A stretch of DNA of 64,000 nt from an uncultured Bacteroidota bacterium (GCA_963733535.1 CAVTDR010000006.1:1798775-1862774), one strand, 5' to 3'; numbered from the stretch's first letter, positions 7,918 to 16,800 are shown. Numbers and translations are program-made. The notes: a model not told the origin generated them from the sequence alone.

Positions 7918-8011
7918 ATCGAATCGGTCGGACCAATCTTAATGGTTAAATATCAATGAATTAACCCCAAAAATACCCTTGTTTTTGACTTTAGAGGGTG
8001 CTTTTGGGGGG
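7918..8011 (+). repeat. Module A, intact (diverged) copy
   Basis: atcgaatcggtcggaccaatcttaatggttaaatatcaatgaattaaccccaaaaatacccttgtttttgactttagagggtgcttttgggggg. It starts 45 nt after the stop at 7873. Confidence 0.75.
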
Positions 8012-8015
8012 TGTG

Positions 8016-8150
8016 CTTCGACAAGCTCAGCAACCGTACTTCGACAGGCTCAGCAACCGTACTTCGACAGGCTCAGCAACCGTACTTCGACAGGCTCAGT
8101 AACCGTACTTCGACAAGCTCAGTAACCGAGGATCGATAGGCTCAGAAACC
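8016..8150 (+). repeat. 23-bp tandem repeat array (~5-6 units)
   Basis: Same unit as the array at 6097-6347. Confidence 0.9.
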
Positions 8151-8871
8151 GGCGGTCGGTAAACGGTAATCGGTGTTGAGAACAGATGCTGGTTAATGGT
8201 TTCTGGATGCTTGATGTGTGGGTGGGGTGGAACAGGGGTGTGGGAAATCAACAATCCAATCAATAAATAAATTAACCAAATAATCTAAGTTCATTCGAAC
8301 TGGTACAACTTCAATCAAAACACCGTGGGTTGGCCGGGACAAAACCCTGCCTGCCACCGCACGGCCTAAGCCAGGCCAGGTAATGAAGTTTTAGTTCTTC
8401 ACACAGTTCTATAGCAACCTATGAATTGAAACTGAGCCGAACAGATACTGGATACCTTTTTGCGTATCATGCAAAAAGAGCTAACTATGATCACCTTTAC
8501 CGACTGATATTGAATTTCAAGAAATACCTAGATATTAGAGTCAAAACCAATCCTAAAGTAATTATGTCAACAAATCCGGGTTAAACCAGACTTAAAGTTT
8601 AAATAGCAATGAATTAACCACACGTTCGTCGTAGTTTTCTTCAGATTTTAACTATACCGCTTTTAACCTTAGTCGACTGCCATTAAGTGGGATTTAACTG
8701 TACCAAATTTCAATAATTCAAGTACATGTTTTTTTAAGGGCCGTTATATTAATTTAATTTTTAAAGCAGATAGCGAAACATAATCCTGAGAAGTCGGATA
8801 GGGCAACCGAAGCCCACTTTTAGCTTTTTCGTCTTTTTTATAATTGAACCAAACTATTTAATAGTAAGAGT

Positions 8872-9624
8872 ATGGAAAAAAAATGTCCGAATTGTGGAAA
8901 ATTAACAGATAAACTAGTTAAAATCGATAATGCACAGGTATCAGCTGAAATCACTGAACTGGTTGGAGTTGCTTATTCAAGCGCAGATCATTATTGTGTT
9001 ACGTGCGCCAGACAAATGATTGGGATTTCTGATGAAGATTTAATTATAGAAGATAGATACCGCTCAAAAAATTCAAATTTTCAAATTAGCTTACTAAAAG
9101 GGAAAATTGGACAAATAATTCTTGAAAGTATTTTTGAAAATTTTGGATATGAGGTTCATCCCTACGGTTATGAAAGTCGTTTGACAAATATCATCAAAAG
9201 TTTGAGAAAGAACTGGTCAAATCAGGTAATCCGGCAAATTCGTTCTACCCCTGATCTATTAGTATACGATAAGGAAAAGAATGAAGGATTTTTAATTGAA
9301 GTAAAGTTCACAACTTTAAAACCTGAGGACTATTGGATTGAAGAAAAGCAATTAAAAAAATATATGGAATTATGGGGACCAGCAATTTTGATAGTTATTC
9401 AATATCCAACTTTGAGAATATTCTGTAAAACTTTTAATGAAATATTACTGGACGATTTGACTTTAACTTCGCCAAGTTTTGCCCCTGATTCTGTTGGTTA
9501 TAAGTTGAAATTGGAGGATCTTTTTTCCGACTTGTGTCAACAATTTCGATTAATCAATAAGGACGAATTGACCTTATTTCTGGACCGAATAAAGAATGAA
9601 ATATTGAGTAAGTACGACAGTTAA
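8872..9624 (+). CDS. Zn-ribbon + PD-(D/E)xK (restriction-endonuclease-like) domain protein
   Basis: N-terminal CPNC...CVTC zinc ribbon. The C-terminal part has GQIILESIFENFGYEV (E), STPDLLVYD (D) and FLIEVKF (ExK), in the order expected for a PD-(D/E)xK nuclease core. Confidence 0.55.
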   Translation: MEKKCPNCGKLTDKLVKIDNAQVSAEITELVGVAYSSADHYCVTCARQMIGISDEDLIIEDRYRSKNSNFQISLLKGKIGQIILESIFENFGYEVHPYGYESRLTNIIKSLRKNWSNQVIRQIRSTPDLLVYDKEKNEGFLIEVKFTTLKPEDYWIEEKQLKKYMELWGPAILIVIQYPTLRIFCKTFNEILLDDLTLTSPSFAPDSVGYKLKLEDLFSDLCQQFRLINKDELTLFLDRIKNEILSKYDS

Positions 9625-9822
9625 TGCTCTTCTACATTGAATCTGAAGTGTTTGCTATAAAAGCATTGCTCAATGTATTTTTTTTTCTATAGATTATAAA
9701 ACACCTAATATGGTCTTTCAAAATGTAGCTCAATTTTATGTTTAACCAGTAGCCATATTTTAGGATCAAACAGTGGCAAAAGCACTACTTTCTAGTATCT
9801 AGAATTATAAATTCATATTAAA

Positions 9823-10389
9823 ATGAATAACGAAAAAATTAACCCAAAAGAACTAATCATTGATATGCATCGTCATTCTCAAAGTCTTTATGATGCTGAA
9901 CTTGACATATATCTTGAGAATGAAAAGATTGCTAACTGGTTGTTTGGACTTTCAACCGGTGGCTTAGTATTTGCTTCCTCCCGAATTGACTCGGAAAATA
10001 CTTCTAAAATTAAGTGCATTTTAATTTTTGTTTTCATTTCATTTATTCTTTTACTTATAACTATTTTCTTTCTTAAGATGTTCACAAGGGCAATAAAGCA
10101 GTATGTTCATAGAATTAAATTTTATTTTGATTCGATTAAACTAAGACTATTGAACTACTCAAATCAAATAGAAGTTGATTTAAAAGCTAATACTGAAACT
10201 ATTTTTACTGTTTACAACAAATTTCTTGAAGGAAAATATGAAAGCGGAAACTCAGGCGATCTTTTCAAGAATGGAATTAAAGACTATGATGGAGCCGTTA
10301 GATTTGCAGCGATTTTAAACTGGGCTTGTATCTTAGTATTTGTAATTCAATATATTTTGATTTTTATATTAGTATTAAGATCAATATAG
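9823..10389 (+). CDS. hypothetical membrane protein
   Basis: 188 aa with hydrophobic spans at about residues 40-60, 65-90 and 160-188. No motif was recognised. Confidence 0.45.
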   Translation: MNNEKINPKELIIDMHRHSQSLYDAELDIYLENEKIANWLFGLSTGGLVFASSRIDSENTSKIKCILIFVFISFILLLITIFFLKMFTRAIKQYVHRIKFYFDSIKLRLLNYSNQIEVDLKANTETIFTVYNKFLEGKYESGNSGDLFKNGIKDYDGAVRFAAILNWACILVFVIQYILIFILVLRSI

Positions 10390-10413
10390 AAGAATCGAAT
10401 CGGGGTCGGACCA

Positions 10414-10622
10414 GGCTATTATATAGAATACAGTTGTTTTTGATAAAACTCCTTAATTTGTTCTATAGGGATGTAGACAGCGTTGTTTGACAGTGACATC
10501 TCGCGATAGCTTTTATTTGGATCATTATATTTCTTCGACGACTCAAGTATCCTATAGTAGGACAAATAGTTTATCATGTATTTGTCGGAAACCCCATGAA
10601 ATGTTCTGATCCATTCCTTCAA
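10414..10622 (-). pseudogene. truncated IS1595 copy (terminal ~209 bp carrying the transposase C-terminus)
   Basis: Starts with GGCTATTATATAG directly after ..ggggtcggacca. Homology to the full copies ends at ..ccattccttcaa. The ORF 10419..10730 carries only the last ~70 aa of the transposase. Confidence 0.85.
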
Positions 10623-10741
10623 AATTGCAACCGTATGTGTTATATAAGCATATATAAACTTTTGGGCGGAAATGGTATTTAAAAGATGAATTTTACCTCG
10701 ATCAGTGCTTCTATAGTACAAGTAACGCAAGCAATGCAGCT

Positions 10742-10843
10742 AAAAATGCAATTGAGATTTATAATTCCAAAAGACTTCATTTATCTTTAGATTATAAAAC
10801 TCCTAATATGGTCTTTCAAAATGTAGCTCAGTTTTATGTTTAA
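10742..10843 (+). pseudogene. remnant of an IS3/IS481-type DDE integrase C-terminus
   Basis: Translates to KNAIEIYNSKRLHLSLDYKTPNMVFQNVAQFYV*, the rve-domain C-terminal signature YN..R.H.SL.Y.TP. Related remnants lie at 9688-9775 and ~28690-28760. Confidence 0.7.
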
Positions 10844-10888
10844 CCAGTAGCCATATTTTGGGATAAGACATTTTAAAAAGCATTACAC

Positions 10889-11716
10889 ATGGATAAAGAC
10901 AAGTTGAAAAGTTATCTTGAGAAGGGAACAGATATAACAGGAGGAGCTGTTGGGGGAGCAATTGGATTAATAGGAGGTCCAGTTGGTGCTATCTTAGGCG
11001 GAGGATTAGGCGTGGCCCTTTCAATTGGAGTAAAAGAAATAATTAGTAGACATCTTTCGGAGAGAGAAAATTCTAGGACTGCTGCGTCAACTGCTTATGT
11101 GATTACAGGGATTAAAGATAAGCTTGATTCAGGCTTGCAAATAAGGACTGATAACTTTTTTGATAATTCTACTGGCAGAAGCTCTGCTGATGAATTATTT
11201 GAGGGTGTATTATTGAAATGTAAAGATCAATATCAGGAAAAGAAAATAAAATATATTTCAAAGATATTTGAGAAAGCAACCTTTGATTATGGAATTTCAG
11301 CAGAGACCGCAAATCAAATATTATCTATGGCTGAGAGCTATACATATCGAAAGTATTGCATAATATCATTTTTTGCACAAAAGGATGAATTGTATGATAC
11401 TTCCAAGTTAATGCAAGAAGTTTATTCATGGTATCCTAATGCTGTATTTTCGTTTGAACTTGAAATTTTAAAACAAGATATATTTGAATTAGTTAATTCT
11501 GGTATTGTAGACCAAAATAATTTAATGATGGTAACAAGAAACGAAGTTGTTCCAGGCGATTTTATACTTACAAAAATAGGGAAAGCTTTATATGATATTA
11601 TGGACTTAGTAGAAATACCAAAGTCAGATATTGACCCAATCTATAATGAACTGCTTTATAAGGAGGAATTTGGCATTAGTGAACATGGAACGAAAAATAA
11701 AATTAAACAAAACTAG
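10889..11716 (+). CDS. hypothetical protein with N-terminal glycine-zipper segment
   Basis: GGAVGGAIGLIGGPVGAILGGGLGVALSIG at residues ~18-47. The rest is predicted soluble and no family was recognised. Confidence 0.5.
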   Translation: MDKDKLKSYLEKGTDITGGAVGGAIGLIGGPVGAILGGGLGVALSIGVKEIISRHLSERENSRTAASTAYVITGIKDKLDSGLQIRTDNFFDNSTGRSSADELFEGVLLKCKDQYQEKKIKYISKIFEKATFDYGISAETANQILSMAESYTYRKYCIISFFAQKDELYDTSKLMQEVYSWYPNAVFSFELEILKQDIFELVNSGIVDQNNLMMVTRNEVVPGDFILTKIGKALYDIMDLVEIPKSDIDPIYNELLYKEEFGISEHGTKNKIKQN

Positions 11717-11721
11717 GGTAA

Positions 11722-11816
11722 ACGAATCCGGGGCGGACCAAACTTAAGAATTAAATATCAGTGAATTAATCCTAAAAACACCCTTGTTTTTGACCTTAGA
11801 GGGCACTTTTTGGGGG
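11722..11816 (+). repeat. Module A, intact copy
   Basis: acgaatccggggcggaccaaacttaagaattaaatatcagtgaattaatcctaaaaacacccttgtttttgaccttagagggcactttttggggg. It starts 6 nt after the stop at 11716. Confidence 0.8.
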
Positions 11817-11878
11817 TGTGCTTCGACAGGCTCAGTAACCGGGGAAGGGTAATCGGTGTTGAGAGCAGATGCTGGATA

Positions 11879-12215
11879 CTAATTTAACTTAGACAAGTTT
11901 AATTGAATATATTTTGATGTAATAGTGTTAATACCTGGAAATAACTCGTAGTTTACGGAGAGTTATTCTGGGTATTAACACTTTTCTTTTTTGCTACTTT
12001 TTTCTTTTGTTCATAAGACTAATTTTTGTTTAAAACAACAGCTTTTAATGGAAGCCAAGATCGTCTAATACTAATATTTTGATGGTCCTGATTGGCCATA
12101 TTCTTACTTAATCGAGACTATATCAAGGCCGACAAAGGGAGCCTTAAAGCTGGGGCAGAAGGTCTTTAAAAAAGCCTTAAAGTATCCAGAGATGCTTCCC
12201 TTTGCCGTACCAAAA
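11879..12215 (-). ncRNA. candidate bridge/seek RNA region (3' non-coding arm of the IS110-like element); identical regions at 30330-30666 and 32002-32338
   Basis: 337 nt of non-coding DNA lie downstream of the transposase stop, versus 78 nt upstream. There is a long imperfect hairpin at 11925-11981 and short matches to the insertion-site and element-end sequences (see findings). No folding or covariance model was run. Confidence 0.3.
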
Positions 12216-13472
12216 TCATGCTGCAGTTTTTATGTATTGTATTTTATGCTCGTAATCAAATGCTTGATTGTTCTTAATTAAGGAATGGATCGTTCGTAAC
12301 AATTTGCGTGATATAGCAATAATTGCCTTTTTCTTTTCCATTCCTTTATTCACATACATTGTGTATTGTTCATGGTAAATACCCCCCTTCTTAACCATTC
12401 GCAAGGCAAGAAAATATAAACTGGTACGTAAATGCTCATTGCCTACTTTTGATATTCTTCTGTTACCTCTATGGTTACCTGAACTGTTTTCAATCAAATT
12501 TAGTCCTCCAAACTTAAGTAGTTCTTTGTTTGTCTTGAATTGGCTAAATTCTCCGATCTCAGAAATAATTGTTGCTATGGTAATATCACCTATCCCTTTT
12601 ATGGTTCTGAGAATATAATATTCTTCCAGGGAAGCCAATGATGCTTTGATCTGATTCTCAACAGCTGACATTTGTGTGTCAAACAACTCTATTTGAACAA
12701 TATATGCTAAAACCATGCTCTGATAGGATTCAAGCCCATCTCTAACTCCAATAGTATTAAAAGCAGCTGTAATAAGCTCTTCAGCTTTTTTTATATTACA
12801 TCTTCCCCTGCTTATTTTTTGGAGTTCTTTTATCAATGGCTCCAGACCTAGCTTTATAATACTCCCTGGACTTGGATGGTTTTTTAGTAAAAATGTACTG
12901 GTTTTGCAACTAATGTCTTTAAACAAATCTAAATATTCTGGAAAGTATAAAGACAAAATAGCATGTATACGGTTCACAACCCTTTTACGGTCAGCCTGCA
13001 AAGCTTTTCTGGAACGTGTTAACTCTCTCACATTCGCCTTTACCCCTTGAGGCAGATTTACCCTTAGGCTGCTTCCAATAAGAACTACTTGAGCGATTAC
13101 TTTGGGATCTTTATGATCTGTTTTATTAGGGGTATTGTCTGTTACATCTTTGAATCGTTTAGTATGCTTTCCATTAACCTGCACGAGGGAGTAATTTGTA
13201 TTGTTATGAATGTAATATGCCAATGGGAGCCAGTAATTTCCTGTTGACTCTACTGCGATTACTACATTTTCAATATCGTTAACCTTTGTAAATCTGTTTA
13301 TTTTACCTATTAACAAATTAAATCCTTCTCTTGTGTTGGAGAACTGAAAGCTCTTTGCTGATTCATAACTCAATGTTAAGAAAAAGCCGTAATGATTGCT
13401 TTTACCGATGTCGATTCCAACTATCAAAGTTTTTCCGTTTACTTTTATAAATTTGTACTGTTTATTTTTCAT
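12216..13472 (-). CDS. IS110-family DEDD transposase/recombinase
   Basis: 418 aa. It has an N-terminal RuvC-like DEDD domain (VGIDIGKSNH, ESTGNYW) and a C-terminal HhH/Transposase_20-type region (IKGIGDITIATIISEIGEFSQF...SSGNHRGNRRISKVGNEHLR). Confidence 0.85.
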   Translation of the reverse strand: MKNKQYKFIKVNGKTLIVGIDIGKSNHYGFFLTLSYESAKSFQFSNTREGFNLLIGKINRFTKVNDIENVVIAVESTGNYWLPLAYYIHNNTNYSLVQVNGKHTKRFKDVTDNTPNKTDHKDPKVIAQVVLIGSSLRVNLPQGVKANVRELTRSRKALQADRKRVVNRIHAILSLYFPEYLDLFKDISCKTSTFLLKNHPSPGSIIKLGLEPLIKELQKISRGRCNIKKAEELITAAFNTIGVRDGLESYQSMVLAYIVQIELFDTQMSAVENQIKASLASLEEYYILRTIKGIGDITIATIISEIGEFSQFKTNKELLKFGGLNLIENSSGNHRGNRRISKVGNEHLRTSLYFLALRMVKKGGIYHEQYTMYVNKGMEKKKAIIAISRKLLRTIHSLIKNNQAFDYEHKIQYIKTAA

Positions 13473-13605
13473 AAAGACTGCTATTTTAGATTCTTAAGTC
13501 AAATCAAACTTAGCAGTCTTTTTTTATTCTGCAATATAGTAAGCTGGATATTTGATTCTGGATGTGTGGGAATGGGAGTGGTTGAACAAGGGTGTGGGAA
13601 ATTAA

Positions 13606-13652
13606 TCAACACATCAACACATCAACACATCAACACATCAACACATCAACAA
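13606..13652 (+). repeat. 8-bp microsatellite (catcaaca) x ~6
   Basis: Direct reading. Confidence 0.9.
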
Positions 13653-13877
13653 ATTATATTCGGTGTAACTAAAAATTCATGCAGTTGAATTTAGGTTTGA
13701 TTTGGAGCTTTGGAAAAAATTGAAAGAATTGGCATATCTTGATCATGGAGTTGGTGTATTTTTGTCCTTGCCGGTTTGCTGGCTTTGGGAATTGCCCTGC
13801 TAACAGTTAGCCGGCAAGGCTGGCGGGCAGCAACAAGGAAAATAAAAACGAAATGTTTAATTAAAAGGATCATAAAA

Positions 13878-16800
13878 ATGAAAAAGAAACTTTTACATAC
13901 GAATTTATTTTTGATTGGATTATTACTATTAATCTTTATTCCTGTCATAGCACAAACATCATTAAGCGATGAAACACGTTTACCCTGGGCAACTTCACAA
14001 AAAGAATTTTTCAGGGACTGGCTGATTATCGGTGGATTTCCGAATCCGGATGGCAATGGTTTTGACACAGACTATTTCCAGGCTGGCGGTGGCGAAGCAA
14101 ATATTTCTGCCAAAGAGGGAATGACGCAAAAACTGCCTGACGGTATGACGTTTGAATGGAAAAAATATGAATCACCGTATAATTACATCAATTTTTATAA
14201 CATTCTTAAAGATGTAGCCTACAGTACAAAAGTGGCTTATGCTTTTAGAAAAGTCCAGCGTGCCACTGATGGAAAAGTTATCCTTTCATTCGGGAACAAT
14301 GTGGGTAACAAAATTTGGGTAAACGGAAAACTTATTTACTCAAATAAAACAGATAATACTGCCGGCGAGAATAGCCAGGTTGAAGTCGATATGGTTAAAG
14401 GGGAAAATTCAATAATTCTAAAATCGGTTGATGGCGGCTGGACCTGGGGTTTCTGGATGCGTCTGATTGAACCCGGAAAGTTATCCCTTGCACAGGATTT
14501 CCAGCTAACGCCCTCAATTAAAAAAACGGTTGAAAAAAATAAGCTTATTGTTAAAACAGACAGAACGCTCAATCCTGAAATTCAAAAGATAGACGTAACG
14601 GTTAAAGTAAGAGCCGCAGGTGGAGTTATAGTAGCGGAAAAGACAGCAAAGCGCTGCGAAGAAGTTGCTTTTAATACGGAAGATTGGAACGAAGGCGTTT
14701 ATGATATGTGTATGTCAAGCATTAATAATAAAGGCGAAATAGTAACCGCATATTTATACTGGTATAAAGGTGATGCCATTCAGGCAGCGAAAGAACTTGT
14801 GGCAAGCGTATCCCAAAATCCTTTAACACCAAAAGAAATTGTGCATGTTATGCTATCTGAATTAATATTCGACAGAGTCGGAAGCGATTTATCAAAAATT
14901 GATTCCTCACGGATAGGACAACTTTATTCTCCGTTAATGGAATATGAAGAGTTAATTAATAATTCAAACGTGCGTGAAAATGGATTTGTAAGGTTAGCAT
15001 ACAGGGATGGGGTTGACAACACCCCCCAGTTTTGTCGTGCTTACCTGCCTGGTAATTATGACCCTGATAAAAAATGGCCGATTGTTATAAATCTGCATGG
15101 TTACTATGGAGCAAATCCGGTTTATGTAAAATGGTGGTCAATTGATTTGCGGCATATGGATTTGGTTGATAAATTCCCTGTAATTGACCTTGAACCGCAT
15201 GGTCGCGGAAATACAAGTTATACCGGAATCGGAGAGAAAGACATTCTAAAATGCATTGAGATGGCAAAAGAGAAATTTAACATTGATGAAGACCGTATCT
15301 ATTTGAAAGGTGAATCGATGGGCGGCGGCGGAACCTGGTATGTTGGAACAAGACACACTGATATTTTTGCTGCTATTGCACCTGTTTACGGTGGCTGGGA
15401 TTATCACTCCAATATGGATAAAGAACAATTTTCCAAATTATCGGAACGCGAAATTTTTGATTTGGAAAAAAGCAGCAGTTTTGCACAGGCAGATGCATTG
15501 TTAACAACACCGGTTTTTGTAACTCACGGTGATATTGACGAATCGGTTGATGTGAAATACTCACGGTATGCGATTAACCTGCTTCAAAGATGGGGTTATG
15601 ATATTCGTTACCACGAGTATCCGGGTTTTGGACATGAGGGAATTCCATATACTGATGAAGTAATATCCTGGTTCCTGCAGCATAAGAAAAATGCCGCACC
15701 GGAAAAGGTTCGCGTAAGATCAGCGGCTCTAAATTCAGCTCATTCAAACTGGGTAAAAATATTGCAGCGGGAAAATCCGTATGCATTTATTGAAGCTGAA
15801 GCGGAAGTATTAATTAACAATACAATCAGACTTGCTACTGAAAATGCACTTGCTGTCGAGCTTACTCCGCCGGCTGAATTAATTAACCCAAACAAAAAAG
15901 TTACTGTGGTATGGAATGTAGAGGATATTAGAGAAGTTGAAATAAAAGACGGCAAAATAACTTTGTTTGATAAAAATTATAAGCCGGCAGTACTAATTAA
16001 AAATCCTGAAATTGAAGGCCCAATTTCTCATTTAGCTACAACGCCGTTTGCAGTTATAATCGGAACTTCATCCAAAGATTCTTTAATGAATAAATTATGC
16101 AGGATGAAAGCAAACGAATTTGTAAGTTATTGGAAAAACTGGCAGAAGTATGAACCACGGGTTTTCCTGGATACTGAATTAAATGAAAGTGATATGAAAA
16201 AATATTCACTGATACTTTACGGAGATACAAAGGCAAATTTAATTACCAAAAAACTTGGAAATAAAATTCCTTTGGAAATTTCTTCCAATAAAATTGTATT
16301 GGCCGGAAGAACATTTGAAGCTGAGGATGCCTGTGTGCAGATGGTATATCCTCATCCGTTTAACAATGAAAGGTATGTTGCTGTAATTGGTGCAACATCA
16401 GGTGCGGGAATGTTTTTTTGTGATAATAGAAACGCAGCATATGATTTCTCCATACAAGATGGAAGTATTGGAAATAGCAGACTTGGATTCCCGGCCGAAA
16501 AACTAATTATAGCCAGAGGTATCTTTAATTATGACTGGAAAATTAATGATAAATTCCTTGACACAGGTGATGCTGAAATGATAAAGAATTGTCCACGCAA
16601 AATAGTAAATCCTGATTTAACTACATCAATTGTAAACTTACCAGTTGTAAGTGAAAAAGTATTAAAATCACTCTCGGGAAAATACGAAATACAGCCTGGT
16701 ACGGCAGTTACAGTATATGTTGAAGGTAGTAACCTGATGGGAAAAAGTCCCGATGGACAAACTTTTCAGTTGTATCCTATTTCAGAAACTGAATATTTTA

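Larger units (their letters stand above)
11879..13550 (-). mobile_element. IS110/IS1111-like insertion sequence, copy 1 (1672 bp)
   Basis: The boundaries come from comparing three copies and from the 1672-bp period of the tandem pair. The left junction is cagatgctggata|ct and the element ends ..agtaagctggata. No terminal inverted repeats are present, as expected for this family. Confidence 0.85.

Noticed and set aside
13392-13688. ORFs reading out of the IS110-like element end (13392..13688 and 33515..33751)
   Set aside because: They are antisense to the transposase N-terminus and continue into different flanking repeats in the two copies. There is no independent coding signal.
570-13700. 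A classical integron
   Set aside because: No IntI-type tyrosine recombinase or attI is visible. The inter-cassette regions are 400-900 bp mosaics rather than 60-140-bp attC sites. Only the cassette-like logic is retained as a hypothesis.
13776-13877. Upstream extension of the S9-like hydrolase ORF (start at 13776)
   Set aside because: The extension lies in repeat-derived DNA. The internal ATG at 13878 is followed by a canonical signal peptide (MKKKLLHTNLFLIGLLLLIFIPVIAQ).
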